DNA of 64,000 nt from Lytechinus pictus (taxonomy: Eukaryota). The notes below the pieces were generated by a model, which saw only the letters and a list, made by a program, of their open reading frames with translations, searched no databases and had not been told where the DNA came from. Shown piece by piece: positions 39,843 through 54,500 of the stretch (within the stretch, counting starts at the first letter, position 1; each line of letters opens with the position of its first letter). Made by a program: the position numbers and the translations under genes. The DNA lies in assembly GCF_037042905.1 (NCBI RefSeq), contig NC_087245.1:27778001-27842000 (forward strand), given 5' to 3'.

Positions 39843-42733
39843 CATGGGCGGATCCAGGGGGGCCCGAGGGGCCCAGCCCCCCCCCCCCCTATTGGCGGAG
39901 CCAAAAAAAAAGAAAAAGGGGGAAAGAAAGAAAAAAAAGAAGGGAAAAGAGAGGAGAAAAAAGAAGGAGAAACACAAGAGGAAGACGAGTGAATAAAATA
40001 AGATGAGGGGAAGACTAGGAAAATGATTTTTTAAATCTTTCATGTCAATATAAAAAAAATTCGCTCGCGCTTCGCGCTCGCATTGGCTGTTAGGTGATTT
40101 ACATATCAATATGGAGTTTGAAATATCAAAATTTGAAGTCAACATGCATAGAAAACATATTTCAGCTCGGAAATCGAACTTTCATTATTTTGTTTGATTT
40201 ACAATTTGATTTTTAAAACGTGCTCTGTAAATCTTTCTGTTTTATGGTCTGAATATTAAAATCGGCTCGGCTCGCGATTTGCGCTCGCATTGATTGTTGA
40301 AAATATATTAACTCATGCATCTTATTCATAAATACAAAAGTGCTTTAAATGTCCAGTTTTCAGGCCATAATATTCACAGATTTCGCGCTCTCACATTAGG
40401 CTTATTAGATTAATAATATAGTTCAAGAATCAAATTGTCCCTTTATAGAAGAAGATATATTCATCATTTTCATATGATGACATAATTATTGTTATTGGAA
40501 TGTCCTGGTTCTATGTCAAAACTCAAAGTAATAATGAAACATAATAAGCTCTTTTTTTTAATGTGATCTATATCCACCTCACAATTTTCCTACAAAGTGC
40601 TTGAAATACAGAGCTTAAATTGACCCTTTTCAAATCGGAATATCAAATATTTTAAGCTCGCGCTTCGCGCTCACTTGATCGATTTTCATGATAAAACAAG
40701 TGGAATGCCTCTGGCGGTCTCACCTGCATCACGTGATTCAATATAGCAGCAGTGCTGGCTTTGAAACCTACTATAACTCGCACAAGATATTCAGTGATAC
40801 TTGGTTACTCTTATGTCCACGTTTTATGAACTAGACCAATACATTTACAGAGATATGATGGTAATTCAACAAATACCCCCAATTTGGCCAAATTTTATTG
40901 ACCTTGTATGACCTTTGACCTTGATCATGTGACCTGAAACTCGCACAGGATGTGCAGTGATACTTGATTAATCTTATGTCCAAGTTTCATGAACTAGGTC
41001 CATACATTTTCTAAGTTATGATGACTTTTCAAAAACTTAACCTTAGGTTAAGATTTTGTTGTTGATTCCTCCAACATGGTCTAAGTTCATTGACCCTAAA
41101 TGACCTTTGACCTTGGTCATGTGACATAAACCTCAGGCAGGATGTTTAGTAATACTTGATTAATCTTATGGCCAAGTTTCATGAACTAGGTCCATATACT
41201 TTCTAAGTTATGCTGTCATTTCAAAAACTTAACCTTAGGTTAAGATTTGATGTTGACGCCGCCGCCGCCGCCGTCGGAAAAGCGGCGCCTATAGTCTCAC
41301 ACTGCTATGCAGGCGAGACAAAAAGGTATTTAGCATGCCCACTCAGATTCAAGGTCTAAATCTAAAACACACGCGCGCATGTTTATCCAGCTTGTTCTCT
41401 GTTTAAATCATTATCCAGTTTCATTAGACAATTTTTAAAAAATTCTGCTCGCGCTTTGCGCTCGCAATTTTAATGTTGGAAGATTTCCAGTTACTCATCC
41501 TTTTCATGATTTACAAAACATGAATAGAGTGTCCCATTTTTAGGTCTAAATCTCGATTTTTTTCCGGTCGCGCTTCGCGCTCGCATCAATTGTATAGTTA
41601 CATAATTATCCTTTTCACGAAAAAAAAAAGTGCTTAGAATTTCAATTTTTCAGGTAGAAATGTCAAAATTTTCAGCTCGCGCTTTGCGCTTGCAGTATTT
41701 GATTATTGAAATATGTAACATCTTCAGGGCTAACTGCAAGCAGCCGTTAACAGATCATTTTTTTTATTAGATCAAAATGTATGTTAAAAATTTCTGCTCG
41801 CGCTTTGCGCTCGCAGATTTCCAATTACTCATCCTTTTCATGATCTACAAAACATGAATATAGTGTCCCGTTTTTAGGTCTAAATCTCTATTCTTTTCCG
41901 CTCGTGCTTTGTGCTCGCATCTCAATAAATTGTTTAGTTATATACCTATCCTGTTCACGATTACAAAAATTGATTAAAATTTTACATTCTTTATGTAGAA
42001 ATGTGAACAGTTTTCAGCTCGCGGTTCGTGCTCGCATTATTTGATTGTTGAAATATGTAACGTCTTCATGACTAAGTGCAATAGCAGTCCTTAACAGGTA
42101 CCTTTTCGATGAGTTCAAAACGTATATAAAAACTTTCTGCTCGCGCTCCCATAATTAATGTAAGGAAGATCCCCACTTATTCATCTTTTTCATGATTTAC
42201 AAAACTTGTTTAGTAGGTCTAAATCTCGAAATTTCGCGCTCGCATCAATTGTTTAGTTATATACCTATTCTGTTTGAGTTATAAAAAGTGCTTAGAATTT
42301 CCATTCCTTAGGTAAAAATGTCAAAAAATTTCAGCTCGCGCTCGCATTATTTGATGTTTAAAATGTGTAACGTCTTCATGGCTAACTGCAATCAGTCTTT
42401 AACATGTTCCTTTTCCATCAGTTCATTTCTGCTCGCGCTTCACGTTCGTAGTGTAGTTATTCATTTGCATACACATCTTTTTCAGGATAACAAACATTGC
42501 CCAGAATGTTCAAAATTTTAGGAAAAAATACATAAGATTTCAAAAAAAAATAAAATAAGGATATTATATTATATATTAATGTTTATTCATAAGAATAAAG
42601 CTAAGAAGTGACTTAGGACTACGGATACCCCTTCAAAGAAACCAAAAATCATCTTCGAGCGGCTGATCGATCGGGGAAAATATGGCTGAAAAAATTCCGG
42701 CCCCCCTATTGGCGAAGGCTGGATCCGCCCCTG
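39843..42733. mobile_element. Non-autonomous hAT-like element (2.9 kb) with internal repeats
   Basis: TIRs CATGGGCGGATCCAG / CTGGATCCGCCCCTG. Flanking duplication CATAAG (39837-39842, 42734-42739). About a dozen copies of GCTCGCGCTTCGCGCTCGCA inside. Confidence 0.8.
40693..41324 (-). mobile_element. HINE/DINE-1-like element nested in the hAT-like element
   Basis: subTIRs GTCTCACCTGCAT / ATGCAGGCGAGAC, terminal hairpin, (GCC)n microsatellite, internal repeats of about 175 bp, insertion in an A/T run. Confidence 0.8.
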
Positions 42734-42914
42734 CATAAGATAAGTAGGAATACTGGTTTAATTTACATTCTTAAGCACAGTTTGCTTCATAAAAATCTAT
42801 ACCATTCCATAATTTTCCCTTATTTAAAATATTGCAATATTGTCTGGGCTACCAATGTAACCTCATATGAATTGGACTCAATATTCAAAATTCAAAAGAA
42901 ATGTTTAAGAATAA

Positions 42915-43110
42915 TTACCAATTCCCATTAGCACCATCCGCACCTTTATTTAAGAAACTGTCCTGACTTAATATAATATTAATAAGCAAGAACTCGCAAT
43001 ATTTATGTATAAGTACAAGGAGGTTGTTACCCACTCCTTTTTTCAGATCTTTCTCAATACAATTATCAAGTTCATTATCATAATACCCGTTCTTCAAATA
43101 AATTTCATTT
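42915..43110 (-). mobile_element. Possible Penelope-like retroelement remnant
   Basis: Peptide YLKNGYYDNELDNCIEK resembles the post-RT 'NGYP..I..I' region of Penelope elements. The match is short and degenerate. Confidence 0.25.
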
Positions 43111-43745
43111 ATGGTCTATCAAGTCTAGTAGTCACGAAGCTAAATCATTGAGTTATGTAGGTCCCAAACAATGGAATGAGATTCCCCAAATAATCAAATA
43201 ATAACCAATTCACAATTTATATCTTCCTTTAGAAAACAGTACAAAAATTTTCTAGTAAATGATTATTGATTTTCAGTTGATATCAATGCATTACTTGTAC
43301 CGTATTTACCCCCCACCCCCTTTCAATTCGTGTCTTTTTGTATTCTAAGTGTTTTTTCTCCCTGTTCCTACATTGTATTTACTATAATGATATGACACTC
43401 TGTTTTTCTTTTATCAACATTGTTGTGTTTTTACTATGTTTTGCAGGGTGACCAGACATCCCGTTTTTCCCGGGATCGTCCAATATATTGCCTCTTTGTC
43501 CCGGCGTCCCGACAAACCCTTCCCGGGACGCCTATTTGTCCCGTATTTTAGAATATTGACATGATTGAACAAAATGTAGTTAATATATTTAAAAGTGACG
43601 AATTTTCATCAAATAACCAACAGATGACGAAGCAAAGACAACAATAAAATCGATAACTAAACTTTTGCAAGTTCTGCAGTGATTTTCTTGCTAACCCAAT
43701 ACATTGCAAATGAACTGGCCTCCTGCCATGGTGGCAGGCTACTAG

Positions 43746-44830
43746 CTAGGCATGTAGGATTAATTCGATACGTTTATTGTCGATATAAATAGGAATATGA
43801 GCGTTGTCAATTGGATTATAATTATTAGATTTGTCAGTATGGGTTCGTGTTAAAGATTTATTTTTTTGAAAATAGATGCATCTAGTTTTATTAATATTCA
43901 TGGACAACTTATTTGCTTTTAACCAGTCGGGAACATTTTGGAGTTCATTGTTCAGGGTTTGGATGGTATTATTTAAATCTTTAGAAGAATAAATAATACT
44001 TGTCATCAGCATATTGATAAAAGGTTAACAAATTAGATGATTTACAAAGGTCGTTTATATATAGAAGAATTAACAAGGGGCCTAAAATTGATCCTTGCGG
44101 TACCCCAACGGAAACATTTAATAAAGAAGATAAGACACCGTGGACAAATGTATGTTGAACCCTATTTTAAAGATAATCCCTAAACCAGTTTAACGCGATC
44201 CGTCGAATTCCGTATTGATTAAGTTTAAATACAAGTAATGAATGGTCCATAGAATCGAAAGCTTTAGATAGATCTAAAAAAACCTCAATTATGTTCGTCA
44301 GCAATAAATGAATCCATTATTTTTTGTTTATTTTTATTTTTTTATCAATTCCACAATTTGCACTACTTTTAAGGCATTTGCAAATATTAATTAATTCACT
44401 TATATGTACAGGTGATAAAAAGAAAAAACCAACCACATTTGTTCGACAATAATAATGAGAAGAATGAATAGATTGTGGGACTAACACTAATATTTTTCCA
44501 ATATTTACAAAATACTCATTGAATGCATCAGATATTTCAGTTGGTTGAAAATATATTTTTTGATTACATTTAAACATTTTGGGGATCAGATTTTTCTTTT
44601 TACCTAATAACTCATTAATAGTTTTCCATGTCTTTTTATACTATTCTGATTCATCTATAATATTTTTTTTGTAATATTCTTGACGAGATATACGAATGAT
44701 ATTAATAAGTTTATTTCTGATTTTTTTTTCTCTCGTTACTGGCAAATCTAGTTTGGCAAAATATTTTGAAACATTTATTCTTTTTTTTTTTTAATTAATA
44801 AATTTTGTTGGTAACCCACGGGTTTCTATT
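43746..44830 (-). mobile_element. Decayed CR1/L2-group LINE RT fragment
   Basis: Frameshifted RT motifs [64 protein letters not shown]. Confidence 0.85.
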
Positions 44831-44841
44831 TTTTCTTCTCC

Positions 44842-45703
44842 TTTTTGTCTCACCTGCATAGCAGAGTGAGACTATAGGCGCCGCTTTTCCGACGGCGGCG
44901 GCGGCATCAACACCAAATCTTAACCGAAGGTTAAGTTTTTGAAATGACATCATAACTTACAAAATATATGGACTTGGACATAAGATTAATCAAGTATTAC
45001 TGAATATCCTGCTTGAGTTTCACGTCACATGACCAAGGTCAAAGGTCATTTAGGGTCAATGAACTTAGACGATGTTGGGGGAATCAACATCAAAATCTTA
45101 ACCTAAGGCTAAGTTTTTGAAATGTCATCATAACTTAGAAAATATATGAACCTAGTTCATGAAACTTGGACATAAGATTAATCAAGTATTACTGAATATC
45201 CTGCTTGAGTTTTACGTCACATGACCAAGGTAAAATGTCATTTAGGGTCAATGAACTTTGGCCAAATTGGGGGTATCTGTTGAATTACCATCATAACTTT
45301 GAAAGTTTATGGATCTGATTCATGAGACTTGGACATAAGAGTAATCAAGTATCACTTAACATCTCATGCGAGTTTCAGGTCACATGAACAAAGTCAGAGG
45401 TCAATTAAGGTCAATGACCTTTGACCATTTTGGAGGTAATCATTAAATTGATGTGAATAACTTTCAAAGTTTATAGATATAGTTTATAAGATGTGGATAT
45501 AGGGGTAGTCAAGTATCACTGACAAGTCTTGGGTAGCATGATCATAGTCAATGTCATTTATTGTCAATGAACATATAGTATTGTATTATTATATGGATTG
45601 TGTTTTTTGTGAATAATTATGTTATAGTAGTTTTCAAAGTCAGCACTGCTGCAATATTAAATCGCATGATGCAGGTGAGACTGCCAGAGCCGCTCCACTT
45701 GTT
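44842..45703 (+). mobile_element. HINE/DINE-1-like element, longest copy
   Basis: TTTTTGTCTCACCTGCATAGCAGAGTGAGAC hairpin, (GGC)n tract, about four internal repeats of about 175-190 bp, 3' subTIR ATGCAGGTGAGAC and end CCACTTGTT. Confidence 0.85.
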
Positions 45704-47931
45704 ATTATTATCATTATTATTATTATATTGGACATAATAGAGCGGTATACAGGGATCTATGGCGGCAATTTTGAATATCAAGAAAATGCAGATTTGGTCA
45801 GAAATCTCTTCTTAGGCAGTATTCTACTCTTGCCTCACAAACCTTCCTTTTTTAAGTAAATGTGCATGCAATTTTGCGATTTCCATGGGTACTTTGCATA
45901 TTTTGGCGGCCATATTAGATTTTGCCAATTTTTTTTTAAAATGCTCAAGGTTATACCAATACATCATTCAATTCAATTTTCAATTCAGGTATTTATTTCC
46001 AAATTCATTAAAAAGAGCACAATGAGAACAAAATTAATATACACAAAGAAAATATCAATCACAGCAAATACAAAAGTATCAACAGAACATAACCAGAACA
46101 AATAATGGCAATAATTAAATCATGGTTGGCACATAATTATAAAAATATAAAGATGAACAAAATAATATATATGGAAATGGGGCATGCACTAAAAAGCCAT
46201 AAAAGGGCTTGTTAAAACGCGCATTCAGATTTGAAATTAATACCCTTGAATTCACAAGAAACCATAAGAAAATATTGTTCATATAAAAAAAGGCCATGCC
46301 TCCTCTCAGTGGCATAATGAGCCCAAAATTTGGAGGGGTGAGATATAGCGTATCGTGTAAAATTAATAAAAGGTTGTGAGCGAACAAATATTTCGACATT
46401 TTTATTTAAAAATCAAATTTTGTTATAGATTTTGGCATTCATAAAATTATATATTTCACCTTTCTCTCTTTCCTTTTTTTTCCTTCTCTTTTTTTCTTCT
46501 GTACGCCAGTGCCTCCTCTAGCATGGAATACAGTAAGTTTAGACGCTTTCGAGAGGACACTTATCGCCTCTTAGGAAACAAAAAACACCAGCATAAATCA
46601 CGAAGAGCGTTTCAGAGACCTTACCGATGCTCGTTTGCTACCTTGAATTGAAATATCAGCCGTCGATCGCGCGAACGCCATGGAAATTGGCATGATAATA
46701 GTGTGGGATGTAGTAGTCTACAAGGCTGCATAGTTAAGTTTTCCGAAATCATCTGATTTTTTATATGAATTAATTATGCTAATTTATGCATAAATCATAC
46801 TTTTTGCTCTAATTCACTATAAAAAGCTTATACAATGCTATTTTTTGGTGAAAATATTCTTGTTCTTTATACCATTGGCTTGCTAACAATAAATAATGAA
46901 AACAAAAATCCTGGTTTGAAAATGAATTTCTTATATATTTCATTGTTTTATGAATTTATGTCTCTGTGTTTTTTTTTAACCTTTTGTTTTTCTTTGTTTT
47001 TTTTCACATTTATGGCAGAACCTTTTAAAAGCATAATTATATTTTAATCAATTAATTTCAGCGGATGGAAGTAAAAAAAAAATCATGTATTCATGAATAA
47101 GGTGAGAAAACTCAATTTACATTGACTTTGTACACAAGATCACGTTTTGGAGCAATTTTGGGTATGGGGGCAGGGCCCTGGGAACGAGTTTTTTCCGCGG
47201 GTGCTCTTGTTTTATACATGTACATCCCTGTTTACTTTATTAAACTGATAACAGTTTTAAACAAGTGTTTAAAATATTAAACATCAAAATTTAATTCTTG
47301 ATATTTAATCTTCAATAAACTGAGCATGGCTGTTTAAGCTTCTTTTTTTTTTTTGGGGGGGGGGGGAATAGTGTACTAGATAGATGGCATATAATAAAAA
47401 TGCTGTGTTTATTATTATCATTATTTAGGTTATTAAACAACTACTGTAAGGTTCTTAATATAGTAAACAGCGTAACGGTTGTATAACATTTTAAACAGCG
47501 TTTTTTTCTGTGTATGCAGACAAACGAACTCGATTTATTCAAAGACTGATGGCATATAACAAAGGATTAATAAAAGAAAATAAAGGAATATGTAAATGGA
47601 CAATGTTTCAAAAATACAAATTCTTTAAACAATAATCAATACTTAAAACCTTACAGATACAAGTTTTTAAATCTTTAATCTTTATTACGGCAGTCATTTT
47701 TTATATAAGAGATTTCAATAGAAAGCTCGTCAAAATAAAATAGCAAAATTGGCAGAGTGATCGATGTTCGAGCCTTGCACTGTACGGTAGTAATATACTT
47801 ATTTGCCAAAACCGAGATTTGGAGCATTGGATTTCCCAACAATTTGAATAGAATTAGTTGTCTCGACAATGCCAAACTGCAAACTTTGCAATCAATGATA
47901 CAGTTGGTGATGAATTCAACTATCTGTTTAA

Positions 47932-48325
47932 AGAGAAATGCCAGTATTTGCAGTAAACACTGATTTCATGAGAAAGTCTGTAAAACCAGGCTTAATTGTC
48001 AGTATATCATCGAGGATCTAGATCTGGTACAGTTACATAAACTGAACTTTGTGAAATCTTGAAATCTACGCTGAAAAATGTTCACACTGAAGATCACCAA
48101 CACAGATAAGCGCACGTGGGACAGTGTATTATTATTGCTGGAATAAAGACCCGACGGAAGTGACAGAATCCGCGCTTATTTTGCTTATTTCTCAGCAATT
48201 ACACAATTTCTTCCAGAATCCTTTGGCACATATTTTTAATTCATACAAACAGACACTTGGGTGGTCATTATATTAGATTCTGTAAAAAGTCATTTTGAGA
48301 TCGTTACCAAAACTGGAATTTATCT
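47932..48325. mobile_element. Kolobok-type MITE
   Basis: TTAA|AGAGAAATGCCAGT...ACTGGAATTTATCT|TTAA: AG..CT termini with a TTAA TSD. Confidence 0.7.
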
Positions 48326-48544
48326 TTAATCAAGCTACTATCAGATAATTCGTTTATCTGATTTCTAAAAAAAAATGAAATATTGAGTGAAAACATACTT
48401 GATTTTGAGATTTGAAACAGATAACGGTTGTTGACTAATATCCGGAATATCAGGAATTTGTATTCAATTCACTTTTTGTTTTTGCTTTGACAAACGAAAA
48501 ACAATTGAACGTCCTCTGTTTTTTCGGTTTTTTTTCTTTTTTTT

Positions 48545-51500
48545 AGGTATAATTTATAAGAAACCAAATACTGATATTGATCAGTTTCAAAGTAGCTTGC
48601 TTGGTGTTTTGGAAGAGGTTAATGTTGGAAAAACGAACATTGTACTTATTGGTGATTTCAATATAGATGCATCTCAAACAATTATCAAAAGGTACATGAT
48701 TATTTAAGTATGATAGGAAGTATAAGACTTCAGCAGCTTATCTCATCCCCCACCAGGGTGACTAATTCTACCTCATCAGTTATGGATCATGTTTATAATG
48801 TTTATAATCATGCAATTCATTCAGGTGTTATCGAGACAGATGTCTCTGATCATTTTCCAATCTTTGTAATATTTGAAAGTAAGAATGAGAGTAAGAACGC
48901 TTTCGTGAGGAAAGTTACCCGATCCTACGAATCATTTAATATTCAATCATTTTATGAAGATCTTGGTAAAATTGATTGGGTACCTGTATTCAGACACAAA
49001 GAGGTAAATAGAGCTTATGACGTTTTTCATGACATGTTTGTGAAAGTGTGTGATAAACATGCACCTAACACAGAACACAATGTATCTCGTAAAAATAATA
49101 GTCCCAAGAAACCGTGGATTTCATCAGCAATTATTAAATGTATCAGGAACAAACAAACTGTACAAAAAGTACCGGTCGTCGAATTTTAATGAAGAGTATG
49201 GGAATAAATATAAAAGGTATAGGAACACTTTGATGACAGTTATAAAAATGCTAAGAGAATGTATTATTGCAATTCATTTTTATTATAATAAAAATGATAT
49301 GTGAAAGACCTGGGAAACTATTAAAGAGTTAATTGGGAAAAGTAAGAATAAAGATATGCATACTATTGAGGAGTTGGTCATTAATCGAGGTGGATTAGAT
49401 ACATTTATACCTCAGGAAAGGATGTAGCCGAGGAACTTAACGACTACTTTGTTACTGTTGGGTCAAATTTGGCAGAACTAATACCAAATGGGCCTCCTAA
49501 TTCTTGTTTTAAAGATTACTTGGGTGCTTCAAATGAGATCTCTTTATTTCGGAAACCCATAATGGAAGAGGAAGTTAAAGATATTTCATGTACTTTAGAT
49601 GCTCCAAAATCTCATGGGTATGATAATTTGCCAGTTAGATTGATCAAGGATGCAGCACCTTTCATTGCTTCTCCGTTGACTTATATTTTCAATTTATCAT
49701 TAGAATTGGGCAAATTCCCAGATGCCCTAAAGGTAGCAAAAGTGACCTTCCTATATAAAAAGGGTTCGAAGGATGACCCAGGCAATTATAAACCCATTTC
49801 AGTTTTACCAGTTATTGCAAAAATCTATGAAAAATTAGTTAATATGCGTCTCATGGCCATTTTAGAGTCCAGTGATATTTTGTATAGACATCAGTATGGC
49901 TTTCGTAAGAGATATAGTACGAAATTATCAGAAATCAATTTGGTAAACACATTATTGAAGGCGATTGATAAAGGTGAAATAACCATAGGTATATTTATAG
50001 ATTTCAAAAAGGCGTTTGATACAATCAATCATAACATACTCTACAAAAAATTAAAGCATTATGGAATAAGAGGTATTGTATTACAGTGGTTCCAGACTTA
50101 CTTAATGGACCTATCGCAGGTTTTATGTTACAAAGATGAAATGTCCAGTAGTAGAAGGATAACATGTGGTGTTCCCCAAGGATTAGTCCTGGGGCCCACA
50201 CTCTTTTTATTATATATTAATGATTTACCAAGATCAACTGATTTTTTCCAGTTTAGACTTTTTGCAGATGATTCAAATATTTTCCATACTTTCCCCAAAT
50301 GTCAAAAAGATATTGATATGAACTATGTAAGTAAGAAATTAAGAGGTGTATAGTTGGTGTATACTTAATAAATTAACCATAAATTTGAAGAAAACAAATA
50401 TGATAATAAAAGGACCAAGACGATCTATTGAAATTGAAGGTGTATTAACTTTATGTGAAACAGTTATAGAAAAGTACATTTGGCATCTTTTGTAGGAATT
50501 CAAATCGATGAATCTTTGTTGTGGAAAAACCAGATCCAATGTATTGATAAATGCATTAGGCGAAAATTTGTTTGCTTTTTAAATTACGTTACTATGTACC
50601 ACGGCATGTTCTAATGCTTTTGTATAAATGTTTTATACAACCACACATATCTTTTGGAATTTAAGTTTGGGGAAGAAGCTACAGGAGCCACCTAAACTGT
50701 ATATATTTGGCGCCGAAAATGGCTATGAGAGCAATTACATTTTCTCGGCTTAGAACAAGCTTTAGGCCACTATTCGTCAGTTTGGGGCTATAAGATGTTT
50801 ATGACTTGCATAAACTTGCAGTATCAACATTTGTTTATGATTTACACAAGGAACATTTACCACATTCTGTAAAGCAATACTTTGAGTTGTTAAATCATAG
50901 TTACAAAACCAGAGGCAGAGAACATTCCATGCTAAGACTTTTCTATATCTTTTATTGGATCAAAGATTTGGAATAGTTTGCCCCAGAGTTTTCGAGAGAA
51001 AAGAACACGGTTTTCATTTCGTAAAAAGCTGAAAAATCACTTGATTAATGAAGTTTGATGATTGATATGAGTTTGGAAAAAAAATAAAACAAAGTTGTTT
51101 AAGTAGAGTAGATACATTGCACTTTGATCCTTTTGGGAAATCATTCTCGACTAGCACTTGTGCTAACTTTTGGTTCTCCCTTTAACAGCATTTCATTTGG
51201 TACAAAATCACCCATACCATTTATAATTTATGTTCATACATACAATCAATTTTTATTAGACGGGTCAATGTATGGTTTGACCCGGAACAAATTGCAACAA
51301 ATGATTTTTCAACTGCTTTTGGCAGTATTTGACCTCAGGAAGAACATACTAAAAATCTACCCAAATCCGCATACGGGAAAGTAGTTTTTTCAAGATGGCG
51401 TCCAAGATGGCCGCGATTCACTGAAAATGGATATAACTCACTCATTATCCACCCTAGAATCCTACTTCGGTTCATATTCCATGGTCCAGTGGGTAAACGA

Positions 51501-54500
51501 ATTTATTGATGCCAGTAACAGTGAATATTAGCACTCCAGGGTACCAGGAAAATCCAAGATGGCGCCCAAAATGGCTGCCTTAGGCTACAAAAATCCACAA
51601 TTTATCTATTGCTTACTTAAGTGGCTTTAATTTGGTTCTATTCAATGGTTTTAATGGTGAAGTCGTTCATCGGGACAAGTTACAAGGACAGCCAGTGGTC
51701 TGGTGTGTCCAAAAATCCAAGATGGCTTCCAAAAATGGAGTTTAAAATGGCTGTTTATACTTAAAATGGACATAGCTCATATCATATCCACCTGGGAGAT
51801 ATGATTTTGGTGCCTAAACCATGGTTTTAATGGTCAAATAATAGATGGGACAAGTTACAAGGACCGTCAGTGGTCCGGTATGTTAAAAAATCCAAGATGG
51901 CTTCCAAAAATGGAGTTTAAAAAATGCTAGTGCTACTTAAAAAAAAACCCAACATAGTTTGTTCGATATCTGGAATATGATTTTTGTGCCTATACCATGG
52001 TTAAATGGGTAAAATAATACATTGAGATAAATTACAAGGACGATGCGTAGTCAAGTATGTCCAAAAGTCCACGATGGCTTAAAAAATAATATAAATTAGC
52101 CGCTGGTATTTACAAATGGACATAGTTCATTTAATATCCGTCAAGGGCATATGATTTTGAAGTCTATGACTTTAAAAGTCAGAAAATTAGTAACAAGGAC
52201 AGTCAGTGGTCTGGTATGTCAAAACTCCAAGATGGCTTCCAAAATTGGAGTCTAAAATGACTGCTGTAAAAATGGAAATAGTTCATTTAAAATCCACCAA
52301 GGAGATGTGATTTTGGTATCCACACTATGGTTTCATGGTTAAAATAATACGTTTGGACTGGTTACATTGATTTGCAGTTGTCCAGTTTGCCTAAAAAATC
52401 CCAGAGGGTTTTCAAAAAAGCATCTAAAACGACTCATATTACTCAATAATGTTCAGAGTTCTACAATATACTATAATATCTGTGAGAAATAATGTTGGTG
52501 TCTAAATTGTGGTGTGAAGGGTCAAATAATACATTCGGACAAGTAACAAGGATGGTTAGTATTACATTTTGTCAAAAAAAATCCATGGTGGAATCTAAAA
52601 TTTCATCAAAATGGATGCTGTTATCAGTCATGAAACAATATGATAACTTATCCCCATGCATTTAAGTGTAGGCATCAAGATTATTTCTCACTGGTGGATA
52701 TTGTTTGAACTATATACATGTATGTCCATTTTTAAGTAAAACCATTTGTTTGAAGCTAACTTGGATTTTAAGGCAATGGATAACTGCATATCATGGTGAC
52801 CATTCCCAAAGTATTTTTTTTACCCTTGAAACCCTAGTGTAGACACCCAAAATAACATCCCCAAGTAAGAACAGTCATTTAAAACCCCAATTTTTAAGGC
52901 CATCTTCGATTTTTGGACATACCTGACACCTGACTGTCTTTTCAACCTAACCCAATATATTACTTGACCTTTTAAACTCTAGTGAATATACCAAAATCAT
53001 ACCTCCAAGGTGTATTTCTAATGAACTATGTATACTTTTAAGTAACAACAGTCAATTTACACCCCATTTTGGAAGTCACCTTGGATTTTCTAACATACAG
53101 ACAACTGACTGGTCTTGTAACTTACCTAGTGTATTACTTGACCCTTTAAACCATGGTTTAGACACCAAACTCATATTTCCCAGACATATATTGAACAAAC
53201 TATGTCCTTTTATCAGTAACATCAGCCATTTTGTTTACTCCTTGTTGGAAACCATCTTCGAATTTTTGACATACCAGAGCACTGACTGTCATTGTAACTT
53301 ATCCTTCTATATCATTTGACCCTTGAAACCAAATTTAAGACACCGAAATCATATCTCACAGGCGGATATAACATGAGCTATGCCACTTTTAAGTATCAGC
53401 AGCCATTTTAGAATCAATTTTTGGAAGCCATATTGGATTTTTGGTCATACCAGACCACTGACTGTCCTTAAATATTGTCCTAATGTATTATTTTTACCCT
53501 TTAAACCAGTGGTTTAGACACCAAAATCGCATTTTCCAGGCCGATATGAAATAAACTATTTCCGCTTTAAGTAACAGCAGTCAATTTAGAGTCAATTTCT
53601 GGAAGCAAACTTAGATTTTTTAAAATACAAAGCCATTGACTGTTCTTGTAACTTGTCCTGAGATATTGATTGACCCTTGAAACCAGTGGTTTAGACACCA
53701 AAGTCACATATCCTAGGCCGATATAAAATGAGCTATGTCCGCTTTAGGTATCAGCTGCCTATTTCTAAGATCAATTTTTGGAAGCCATCTTCTATTTTTG
53801 GACATACCAGACCACTGACTGTCCTTGTAACTTATTCTTATATATTATTTGACCCTTGAAACCAGTGGTTTAGACATCAAGATCGCATCTCCCAGACCAG
53901 AATTAAATAAGCTGTGTCCGCTTTAAGTATTAGCAGCCATTTCAGGATCAATTTTTGGAATCCATCACGGATTTTTGCACATACCAGACCACTGACTTTC
54001 TTTGTAACTTGCCCCTATGTAATATTTGATTATTTGACCCATTTAACCATGGTACAGACACAAAAAAATAATATTTCTGGATATTGAGCAAACTATGTCG
54101 GTTTTTTCAAGTAGCAACAACAATTTTAGACTCCGTTTTTACTGGACCACTGAATGTCCTTGTCACTTGTCCCAATGTCTGTTTTGACCATTGAAAACAT
54201 TGTCTAGACACCAAAATCATTATGTCCTAGGTGGATATGAAATGAACTATGTCCATTTTAATTATCAACAGCCATTTCAAACTCCATTTCTGGAAGCCAT
54301 CTTGGATTTGTGTACACAATCTTGGATTATTTGACACACCAGACCACTTGTAACTTGTTCTAATGTACTACTTCACCCTTAAAACCATTGAATAAAAGCC
54401 AAATTAAAGCCACTTAGATGAATTGTGGATTTTCAGCCTACGGCAGCCATTTTGGGCGCCATCTTGGATTTGCCAGGTACATTGGAGGGCCTATAATTCA

